Shown piece by piece: positions 23,536 to 30,336 of a DNA stretch of 32,000 nt. Within the stretch, counting starts at the first letter, position 1. The number at the start of each line of letters is the position of its first letter. Location of the stretch: positions 2,190,001 to 2,222,000 of the forward strand of contig NC_000964.3 of the NCBI RefSeq assembly GCF_000009045.1. The letters run 5' to 3'. The position numbers and the translations under genes are program-made. Source of the DNA: Bacillus subtilis subsp. subtilis str. 168. GTDB lineage: Bacteria > Bacillota > Bacilli > Bacillales > Bacillaceae. The notes under the pieces are model-generated. The model was not told where the DNA came from and did no database searches. It was given only the letters and a program-made list of their open reading frames with translations.

Positions 23536-24864
23536 TTACAGTTGGTCTTTAACAACTGATCTATATCTAATTAAAAAGGCCTCTAGTCTCCCCAACTCTG
23601 TTTTATGGTAATCATGATGAGTCCCTTCGGTTTCTGGAAATAATGGATTTTTGATAGGAAGCGATTCTGGTGAGTCCTTATGACTTTGGAACGTTTCCCA
23701 AGCTACGGGGTCAGATATTTGGAATGTCTCGCCCAATAACGAACAATGTCCACTGTCTTTTCTTTGCCTAACAGGAATAGCATAATTCTTATATAGCTTG
23801 TAATTTTCAATTGTTTGTCTGTTAATCTTAGAAGACAAATAACAGATTCCCCAGTATTCCGAAGACTCTGTCTGTTTAACCCATTCAAGCAAAAATTGAG
23901 GAATGATATATTCTGGTTTAAAAATGTCTTTTTGTTTTTTTACTCTAATTAGGCATGCAGATATTAAAATCCATGTCATAAAGTATGCATTAAATTTATA
24001 TATTTTTCTTCTAAATGTTATTTCAAAAAATTTCTTTAGATTATCTGCCAGTTCCGTAGGTGAAACACTTAAATCCAGAATTTTTATATCTTCATCCTCA
24101 AGGTGAAAAACCGAAGTGTAGGTAGTATTTAAGTCAGGCCTTCCTAGTTCTTCCCAACAAACAAGTGATGAACTTCCAAGGTAAAGACATGGAAATCCTG
24201 GTATACTAAAACGATTTGTGCGTATTATTCCTCTCTTCTCAAATGGTATATGAAACATATCATCTTTAGAAAAAACCTCTGTGTTACTGGTTCTCATTCT
24301 AAAGAATTTACAAGGAATACGAATACTATCAATGTTATATAAGAGCAGCTCTTCAATGTTAACCTCTTCAGAAAAGATATTCATTCCTTTATCAAATTCA
24401 GCATATGCTAAATGCACATAACCATCTAAGTAAAGTTCAATTGTTTTAGTAATTTGTTGCGCAAAAGATTCTATCTTTGTGATTTTTGATGAATCGAATG
24501 ATTTTCTATTTGGTAGCTTATGCAATTCTTCTATATATTCTGTATAAACATTCTCCATAAAAGCATCTAAATCATCCCCACCCGTTCTTTCTATTGGAAT
24601 ATCGCATTTATCAATAATAAAACTTAATATTGGATCTATTTCAATAGTCCATTCAATTAAAATGTCTAACCTTTCTTTATTTGAAAAGGTGCTGGTGTTA
24701 ATTTTTTCCTCCCCAATAACATCATTGGTGTTTTTGTCTATAAATTCAGGTTTTACTGTTAACTCTTTAAAAATATCAAATGCAAGCTCTTTCAAAGAAT
24801 CATTAATTTCCTCATGTTTCGATAATTCTTTTTTTAGCCTTTTAGCTTTTCTATACAAATCCAT
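23536..24864 (-). CDS. yopC: RES-domain protein with about 200-aa N-terminal extension, 442 aa (candidate NAD-targeting toxin/effector)
   Basis: SD AAGGAGAA. IIRTNRFSIPGFPCLYLGSSSLVCWEELG plus WGICYLSSKI...NYAIPV fit the R-E-S signature and spacing of RES domains. This was read by eye only. Confidence 0.6.
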   Translation of the reverse strand: MDLYRKAKRLKKELSKHEEINDSLKELAFDIFKELTVKPEFIDKNTNDVIGEEKINTSTFSNKERLDILIEWTIEIDPILSFIIDKCDIPIERTGGDDLDAFMENVYTEYIEELHKLPNRKSFDSSKITKIESFAQQITKTIELYLDGYVHLAYAEFDKGMNIFSEEVNIEELLLYNIDSIRIPCKFFRMRTSNTEVFSKDDMFHIPFEKRGIIRTNRFSIPGFPCLYLGSSSLVCWEELGRPDLNTTYTSVFHLEDEDIKILDLSVSPTELADNLKKFFEITFRRKIYKFNAYFMTWILISACLIRVKKQKDIFKPEYIIPQFLLEWVKQTESSEYWGICYLSSKINRQTIENYKLYKNYAIPVRQRKDSGHCSLLGETFQISDPVAWETFQSHKDSPESLPIKNPLFPETEGTHHDYHKTELGRLEAFLIRYRSVVKDQL

Positions 24865-24971
24865 TTATGTTCTCCTTATTAATTTTTCACCTTTTCCATA
24901 TAAGTACGATTTTATGTAGACCTGGAAAACTTGTAATTCCTTCCTATGCTTGTAACTTTAGTATACCATTT

Positions 24972-25199
24972 TCATCCTGAGTGATCGATATGGTTATGGC
25001 TTTTTTCGAATATCAGCAATTCCTGCAGCTCGATGTTTAGGTATGTACAGACTTTATCTAACAGATCTCTTGGATACCGCTCCATTTCGTCATTATAAAG
25101 CTTTCTGACAGTTGGATACTCATGATCAATATCTCTAGATAGCTTCCGGATACTGATCTTTCTTTCGTCTATTATGGACTTTAAATTTGATCTAATCAT
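24972..25199 (-). CDS. yopB: XRE-type HTH protein, 75 aa
   Basis: The HTH is [22 protein letters not shown]. It lies upstream of the RES-domain gene. Confidence 0.75.
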
Positions 25200-25256
25200 A
25201 ATTCCACTCTTTTCATTTGTCTTTTATTGATACCTTATAGTAATCAACTGATACAT

Positions 25257-25282
25257 AAAAAAGACCAAGATAAGACTTGGTC
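25257..25282 (-). terminator. Intrinsic terminator about 180 nt downstream of yopA
   Basis: On the minus RNA: GACCAAG-ucuuau-CUUGGUC followed by UUUUUU. Confidence 0.7.
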
Positions 25283-25459
25283 AATAATGCATAAATCTAA
25301 GTTCGTTTTATCGTTCTTATTCGTGATCTAAATCGAAAACCGTTTAAACCTTTTTAACTTCTTACAACATAGATACTTAGTCAAAAGCAAATGTTTTTTG
25401 TATGGCAACTCTGAGAAATTTTTATCGCCAACTGACTGTAAATCCTTATAAAGACATTT

Positions 25460-26785
25460 TTAATTGTCTCTTGTTTTCCAAGGGACAAATTCATATACTC
25501 CTTCTATTATAGGTACCTTTAAACGGTTTACATAACTTCCTTCATATCCCAATATTCCAAGTGTTAGTAATTCAAGATACCAAACACCAAGATAAAGTAC
25601 ATGGAGCTTATCTATCGGATTGTCAAAATCAAGTTCCCTTGTAGGATGGACTATCTTATTCCTAAATACAGTAAAAAGGTGTGGGCCATCGTCATAATTA
25701 TCCTTAATGTCAATAAAGAGTTTTGGTATTGATAAGTCAATTGAAAATCTAGATAATATTTCTCTAAATTTCTCTGCTGCATTCATATACTTATATTTCG
25801 ATTTACTAATATTGGATTTTCTGTCTACAATAAGATACACCCACGCCAAAGTTTCCAATGCAACCTGAACAGATACCACCTTGTTTTCTACTATACTTGA
25901 TGAATGTGCTTGGGAGTACCAACTCAACACTTCCCATAAAACTTTATTCCAAAAAGGATCTTCTTGCTTCTCAATCACCTTTGGAAATAAATGTTCTAAG
26001 GATGGAGATTTTTGTTTTGGAAACCAAGTAATATTATTAGTCCAGCCATCTATTAATGGAACTTGGTATTTACTCCATATTACCTCCTCGTTGTGGTATC
26101 CTTCCAATGTAGGGATAGCAACATGTCTACCTGCTGAAAAGGATAATAACCAATAAAGCCCTGAAATAAGTGGTTCTACTTCTTTAGTATCAAATAATTT
26201 ATCATCCACTCTTTTTAAATATCCCACATGTGTTATTAAGTATCCACCCGAATTTTTTAATCTATCAAAGATTTTTTTGTTTGAATAGTCATATCGCTTA
26301 TCCAAAATTATTTCCCAATCTTTATATTTTAATTTTGTTCTCCCTGAAAATTTAAACCTTCCATGCACAATCCTTCTACCTAAATCATTCACGAAGTTAA
26401 CCACCGTGAATTCCATTCTATTCACTTTAGTTTCAGCTGAGGTTAAAATAGATCGTTTTAGTATCCCTGATACTTTGTTCCCTTTACTTCCGTCTGTTAT
26501 ACCTGAAATAAGAACTTCAGATTTCATAAATCCAGGTACATTAATCATCATATTATTACTTTTCATTGCCTTTTCAAATTCGAAAAGCTTGCTAAGATTG
26601 CCTGAAATGGCTCCTTCAAATATTAGTCTAGCTTTTGGTAAAAATGCAATTTTAACTTCTCCCAAGATTTCAAAAAAATCATCAGCAACTTCAATTGTAA
26701 AGTGGCCGGTATAGATTTTAATCGGTTCATTAATATCGTACTCTAAAAAGGAGGATTCAAGAGCTATATTTTCCAAATTTATCAC
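25460..26785 (-). CDS. yopA: Large protein with a C-terminal HEPN-like RNxxxH motif, about 438-441 aa (candidate abortive-infection RNase)
   Basis: Track ORF. The start is GTG 26785 (inside AGGTGA) or TTG 26776. The FRNKIVHPTRE motif lies near the C-terminus within a helical region. Confidence 0.6.
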   Translation of the reverse strand: MINLENIALESSFLEYDINEPIKIYTGHFTIEVADDFFEILGEVKIAFLPKARLIFEGAISGNLSKLFEFEKAMKSNNMMINVPGFMKSEVLISGITDGSKGNKVSGILKRSILTSAETKVNRMEFTVVNFVNDLGRRIVHGRFKFSGRTKLKYKDWEIILDKRYDYSNKKIFDRLKNSGGYLITHVGYLKRVDDKLFDTKEVEPLISGLYWLLSFSAGRHVAIPTLEGYHNEEVIWSKYQVPLIDGWTNNITWFPKQKSPSLEHLFPKVIEKQEDPFWNKVLWEVLSWYSQAHSSSIVENKVVSVQVALETLAWVYLIVDRKSNISKSKYKYMNAAEKFREILSRFSIDLSIPKLFIDIKDNYDDGPHLFTVFRNKIVHPTRELDFDNPIDKLHVLYLGVWYLELLTLGILGYEGSYVNRLKVPIIEGVYEFVPWKTRDN

Positions 26786-27132
26786 CTAATTATTTTCTCA
26801 AATTTTAAAGTCTATTATTTAAGTTCTTCATTACTTTTGCAATTCCTTCACTAAGGAGGTCATTCCCCATAGAGTTCCAAACCTGCTTCTTTTCTTTTAA
26901 TTCTCTGTCCCTAATTCTATGCGATTATTTAATGAACCTGTCTTCTTGAAGATCAATCATGACCATCTCCAATTTTGTTCTGTACAGCTTTCACTATCCA
27001 TATTCTATTTAAAATATGCATTTTATTTTGATATATATCTGAAGCTAAACATTCTTTATTCAAGAAAAGAATCGCTGCTTTGAACTATTGTGACTCATTT
27101 AAAACGGTATAATCACTTGTTAAAGCTAATTC

Positions 27133-27639
27133 CTATCCTTCCCAGGTAATAATATAATTGAGTGGTTCTAACCCCTTTTCTAAACAAAGAACCGTGTACT
27201 CAAATTCTAAATCAAGGATTTCTCCTTCCCATGCCTCATCGAAATTCCCTGACCCTCTTTCTTTTCGATCAATGAAATAGTCCCTCTTCATCTCAATGAT
27301 TTGTTTTTCAAGATCTTCAAATCCCGTAGAATAATCTTGATCAGTATTATGAATTTCTTCATCAATTTTATCGAGTGCAGCGTAAACTTCTTCGTCAGAC
27401 ATGCAATCAACTTGTGAATGCGTGTATCCCAGATTAAGCAGGTCATTTCGGCAGTTATTTGAAATGCTTCCTTGTAATCTATTTGTAAGACTAGACTCAA
27501 ATTTTTCAAGCTGTGATTCCAGCTCAATACGATTGGATTTAAGAGCATCAAGATTAGTATCTAACTCACAGTATTGTGTATTAATTTCATTTTCCAATTC
27601 ATCAAGTCTAGACTCCAGATTAAAAAGTTGCGCATTCAT
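27133..27639 (-). CDS. yonX: Coiled-coil protein, 168 aa
   Basis: SD AGGAGGT. Heptad-rich N-terminal half. Confidence 0.75.
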   Translation of the reverse strand: MNAQLFNLESRLDELENEINTQYCELDTNLDALKSNRIELESQLEKFESSLTNRLQGSISNNCRNDLLNLGYTHSQVDCMSDEEVYAALDKIDEEIHNTDQDYSTGFEDLEKQIIEMKRDYFIDRKERGSGNFDEAWEGEILDLEFEYTVLCLEKGLEPLNYIITWEG

Positions 27640-27659
27640 TTTAACTACCTCCTGTTTTT

Positions 27660-27679
27660 ATACATATTATTTGTATTTG
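27660..27679 (-). promoter_or_regulatory. SPBRE-type repeat, promoter-proximal copy (between -10 and SD of yonX)
   Basis: ATACATATTATTTGTATTTG. Confidence 0.75.
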
Positions 27680-27687
27680 TTATTTAT

Positions 27688-27716
27688 ATTATAACTTGAT
27701 AATCTATAATAATCAA
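27688..27716 (-). promoter_or_regulatory. SigmaA-type promoter of yonX
   Basis: On the minus strand: TTGATT, 17 nt, TATAAT. SPBRE copies flank it on both sides. Confidence 0.7.
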
Positions 27717-27723
27717 TAATTAA

Positions 27724-27743
27724 ATACATATTTTTTGTATTTG
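27724..27743 (-). promoter_or_regulatory. SPBRE-type repeat, distal copy (7 nt upstream of the yonX -35 box)
   Basis: ATACATATTTTTTGTATTTG. Confidence 0.75.
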
Positions 27744-27761
27744 ATATAGCGTTAATATTAA

Positions 27762-27860
27762 TTGCTCATGAGGGGGTTTGGGGGTGGTGTGAGCAAAAAT
27801 TGTTCAGGTGAGGAACGAACCGTTTTGAACAATTAGCAGCACCCCCATTCTCTTATTTTA
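27762..27860 (+). other. Nested-hairpin, G5/C5-containing intergenic element (candidate small RNA or attenuator; strand uncertain)
   Basis: TTGCTCA/TGAGCAA (27762-68 / 27790-96), GGGGGTG/CACCCCC (27780-86 / 27840-46) and ATTGTTCA/TGAACAAT (27799-806 / 27826-33). A T-rich tail follows on the plus strand. Confidence 0.35.
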
Positions 27861-27902
27861 TTATTTAATTTATTTACTTCTTTTCTTCTACGAGAGACCC
27901 CT

Positions 27903-27930
27903 ATAAAACCCTTATGTACCAAGGGTTTCA
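27903..27930 (-). terminator. Intrinsic terminator after yonV
   Basis: On the minus RNA: AAACCCUU-ggtacat-AAGGGUUU followed by UAUAG. Confidence 0.65.
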
Positions 27931-27966
27931 AAAACGATTTATTGCTTTTTTTTTCATACGCTATTC

Positions 27967-29199
27967 TTATCTCTGGTTCTCTAACCAATCCATTAACAGC
28001 TTTCTCATTCGTGATGATGGGACATATATATTAATATCCTGTCCATTTCTTATAGCTGATCTCCAAATCCATTGAATCATCTCAGATAAAGCAAAATTGT
28101 CCTCGTTTATGATTATTCCCTTGGATCTAAAATAATCATCAATTGCAGGATTAACGAATCTGTTTATTGAATAAACCAAAGATCTTTTGTGACTGTATTC
28201 GTTCGTTGCTTTGATGTTACAGGCTAAAAAGCCTTTCGTATAACCTTTCCCACTTAGTTTACTTTTATGTGATTTAAAAGTTGTCCAAAGATTACCCTTA
28301 GACTTTGATTTAAGTATATTCTGGTAGTAATTCAGAATATTATTCTTAAGCCGTTTATGTAACACTGAACGTTTTTCAAACCAGTTTTTTGATAATGCAT
28401 AATAATCATCACCAATTTTATTCAAGTCACCTTCATATATTTTAATTTTATGTCTTAGGACATCCTTCTTTGCTTTATCAAATTGCCTACTGTGCTGCAT
28501 TAATTTATAACTGTCATTGTCTTTGACTACTGCATAAAGTTCATATTCTATTCCGTTAATGTCATAATAATATTTCTGAATCTGAGCATCAAACAAATAT
28601 GTAAGATTATAGACCTGTTTAAATTGGGCAAAGATGTCTGCAGGAAACTGCCAAAACAATACAGACTCATTATGCAAAATTAAGTTTTTACTCTTGGCCA
28701 AATGTTTAAGTGTTTGGAACTCTCCTTTATATTCCCTATTAAGATTTCTTTCTTGTTCATCATTCCAAATGATTGTGCCATTATTGTTCTTAATCCATTC
28801 ATTTTGGAACAGCATATCCAGATCATCCTTGGATATATTTAATTTCTTAACCACTTCCATAGTTTCATCCAGGATAAGAGTATAATTGCCTGAGTAAATC
28901 AATTCTTTAGTTGTTTCATTAGCCATACTGAATAAAGCATGAGTTGTTACAATGTCATTGTTATCTGCTAAATGTTTATGTAATGAATCCAGTTTATAGA
29001 GCGTTTCCCCTTCCTCACTATGTATTTTTGGTTCGTAAAACTTTCTATTCGTACATGACCTCTTTATTCTTGTTACCTCATCAAGATATGGTGTGATAAA
29101 GATAAAATGCTCATTCTTTGGTGCCTCATTCATCATCTTAATAATGTAAGTTGTTTTACCAGATCCCATAATAGAATCGATAACTTTAACTCTTTCCAT
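27967..29199 (-). CDS. yonV: P-loop NTPase with an SF2-helicase-like N-terminal ATPase core, 410 aa
   Basis: SD AAGGAGGA. Contains Walker A MGSGKTT, DIVTTHALF (motif Ic-like) and Walker B LILDET. No second RecA-like domain is recognisable. Confidence 0.7.
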   Translation of the reverse strand: MERVKVIDSIMGSGKTTYIIKMMNEAPKNEHFIFITPYLDEVTRIKRSCTNRKFYEPKIHSEEGETLYKLDSLHKHLADNNDIVTTHALFSMANETTKELIYSGNYTLILDETMEVVKKLNISKDDLDMLFQNEWIKNNNGTIIWNDEQERNLNREYKGEFQTLKHLAKSKNLILHNESVLFWQFPADIFAQFKQVYNLTYLFDAQIQKYYYDINGIEYELYAVVKDNDSYKLMQHSRQFDKAKKDVLRHKIKIYEGDLNKIGDDYYALSKNWFEKRSVLHKRLKNNILNYYQNILKSKSKGNLWTTFKSHKSKLSGKGYTKGFLACNIKATNEYSHKRSLVYSINRFVNPAIDDYFRSKGIIINEDNFALSEMIQWIWRSAIRNGQDINIYVPSSRMRKLLMDWLENQR

Positions 29200-29227
29200 A
29201 TATCCTCCTTATATTTTAATTTTGTAT

Positions 29228-29268
29228 CGAAAAATAAGGAACGATAATTGCCTTACCGCTCCCTTATT
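29228..29268 (-). terminator. Hairpin plus U-tract after yonU
   Basis: On the minus RNA: AAUAAGGGAGCG...CGUUCCUUAUU then UUUCGAU. Confidence 0.5.
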
Positions 29269-29280
29269 TATAACGCATAT

Positions 29281-29469
29281 TTAATTATCCTTGTGTTGCT
29301 GCATGATTAATACTGAATCATCTTGTTTTACTTTGCTTATCTCTTCTCTGTACTCTAAAAGGTCTTTATCAATTCTGACAGTTGCTTCTTTGATGGAGTC
29401 AATATCTTTCTTGAGCATTTCCAATTCCTTTGTTAGCTGCTGAATAGCATCCAGGAATTTTTTCTCCAA
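29281..29469 (-). CDS. yonU: Small coiled-coil protein, 62 aa
   Basis: TTG start at 29469, 5 nt after GAGGTGA. Confidence 0.65.
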   Translation of the reverse strand: MEKKFLDAIQQLTKELEMLKKDIDSIKEATVRIDKDLLEYREEISKVKQDDSVLIMQQHKDN

Positions 29470-29490
29470 TCATCTCACCTCAATGATTTA

Positions 29491-29499
29491 ATTATACCA
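29491..29499 (-). promoter_or_regulatory. Extended -10 element (TGgTATAAT) upstream of yonU
   Basis: The minus strand reads TGGTATAAT. The -35 box is poor. Confidence 0.45.
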
Positions 29500-29513
29500 T
29501 GAGGCCTATATGA

Positions 29514-29765
29514 TTAGTGTGACTTGTTTCTTAGTTTAAGGAATACACAATAGATGATCCATAACAATATGGCAATGATACATGTGACAACAAAAATTGT
29601 GTTGATTAGCGCCTGTCCTTCGCTGCTGAAGTAATCTTTGATGAGTTGAAACATTAAGAATAAGCCAATGAATGTGATATGGGTAAACCATAATGAGAAT
29701 CGTTTCATGTTTGCAATGTGCTTGATCATGTTATAATATGGGTAGGAACTAAAGGAGAAGTTCAT
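29514..29765 (-). CDS. yoyJ: Small membrane protein, 83 aa (second toxin of the yonT locus)
   Basis: Track ORF with two TM helices. It sits immediately downstream of yonT, as I recall for yoyJ. Confidence 0.7.
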   Translation of the reverse strand: MNFSFSSYPYYNMIKHIANMKRFSLWFTHITFIGLFLMFQLIKDYFSSEGQALINTIFVVTCIIAILLWIIYCVFLKLRNKSH

Positions 29766-29850
29766 TCCCCTTTAGCTTAGCTCTCATCGGCGTATACGTT
29801 GGCGTTGTCTCTTTGGTCGGAGCCGCTTGCGTATACGCTTTTTCTTTTTG
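29744..29850 (+). ncRNA. Antisense RNA over the yoyJ 5' end and yonT 3' end (SR6-type type I antitoxin); ends approximate
   Basis: The plus strand carries an extended -10 box, TGtTATAAT (29729-29737). Two palindromic GCGTATACG copies (29790-98 / 29829-38) can pair, followed by TTTTTCTTTTT. The inferred length is about 100 nt. Confidence 0.55.
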
Positions 29851-29960
29851 CTTGTCCCATTCTTTAGGTTTCTTACCTTCTCAACTATTGTTAGACTGTT
29901 GATTGTAAGAACCGTTAAAGATATGAGGAAAGCAACTACGATACCCATTTTCTCAAGCAC
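29784..29960 (-). CDS. yonT: Type I toxin YonT, 58 aa (TM helix plus Arg/Lys-rich tail)
   Basis: The track start lies inside the SD. I reset it to GTG 29960, 6 nt after AAAGGAGGTG. The sequence is MLEKMGIVVAFLISLTVLTINSL...KKKKRIRKRLRPKRQRQRIRR. Confidence 0.88.
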   Translation of the reverse strand: MLEKMGIVVAFLISLTVLTINSLTIVEKVRNLKNGTSKKKKRIRKRLRPKRQRQRIRR

Positions 29961-29987
29961 TATGTACACCTCCTTTCCTATGACTCT

Positions 29988-29996
29988 ATTATAACA
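29988..29996 (-). promoter_or_regulatory. Extended -10 element (TGtTATAAT) of yonT
   Basis: The minus strand reads TGTTATAAT, about 28 nt upstream of the yonT start. Confidence 0.55.
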
Positions 29997-30013
29997 TAAT
30001 TCATGATTTTTAT

Positions 30014-30033
30014 ATACATATTTTTTATATTTG
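30014..30033 (-). promoter_or_regulatory. SPBRE-type repeat over the -35 region of yonT
   Basis: ATACATATTTTTTATATTTG, with one mismatch in the right half-site. Confidence 0.65.
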
Positions 30034-30303
30034 TGGTAAGTTATTTGTGTGTTGATGGATGGTATTAAGATGCCTTGTGTGCTGTTTGAATGAACAAGAA
30101 TACAATTGGATTGGGAATTGATTAAGGATGCTTAGAGAGGTGTTATATTGGCTCTGAGAGCGTGTTAATGTATGAGTGTGATTAGGTGGAATGTATGATG
30201 GGATCCGGTGTAAATTTTTCGTCTTCTTTCCTCAAGAAGTGAAATATGATACAAGGTAAAGCCTCCTACCAACAAAATAAAAACTTATGTTCGACTTTAT
30301 TTT

Positions 30304-30336
30304 CTAAAGAAAAGCCCCAAAATAGGGCTTGTTTTT
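30304..30336. terminator. Bidirectional terminator after yonS
   Basis: AAGCCC-caaaata-GGGCTT with U-tracts on both strands. Confidence 0.7.

Noticed and set aside
26805-26870. Possible gene remnant in the yopA-yonX spacer. The minus-strand frame reads ...RIRDRELKEKKQVWNSMGNDLLSEGIAKVMKNLNNRL*, which is faintly like the C-terminal motif X of C5 methyltransferases.
   Set aside because: It has no SD and only 21 codons from the first ATG. The similarity is impressionistic, so a homology search would be needed.
27780-27847. tRNA-like appearance: a 7-bp GGGGGTG/CACCCCC stem closing about 67 nt, followed by an A.
   Set aside because: There is no T-loop (GTTCRANNC), no D-arm and no sensible anticodon arm. 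The interior is one long hairpin. I kept it only as an unexplained structured element.
13022-30033. The repeated 20-mers could have been a CRISPR-like or tandem array.
   Set aside because: The copies are kilobases apart, and each sits at a promoter in the same orientation. They are dispersed operator-type repeats, not an array. I saw no CRISPR repeat-spacer structure anywhere in the window.
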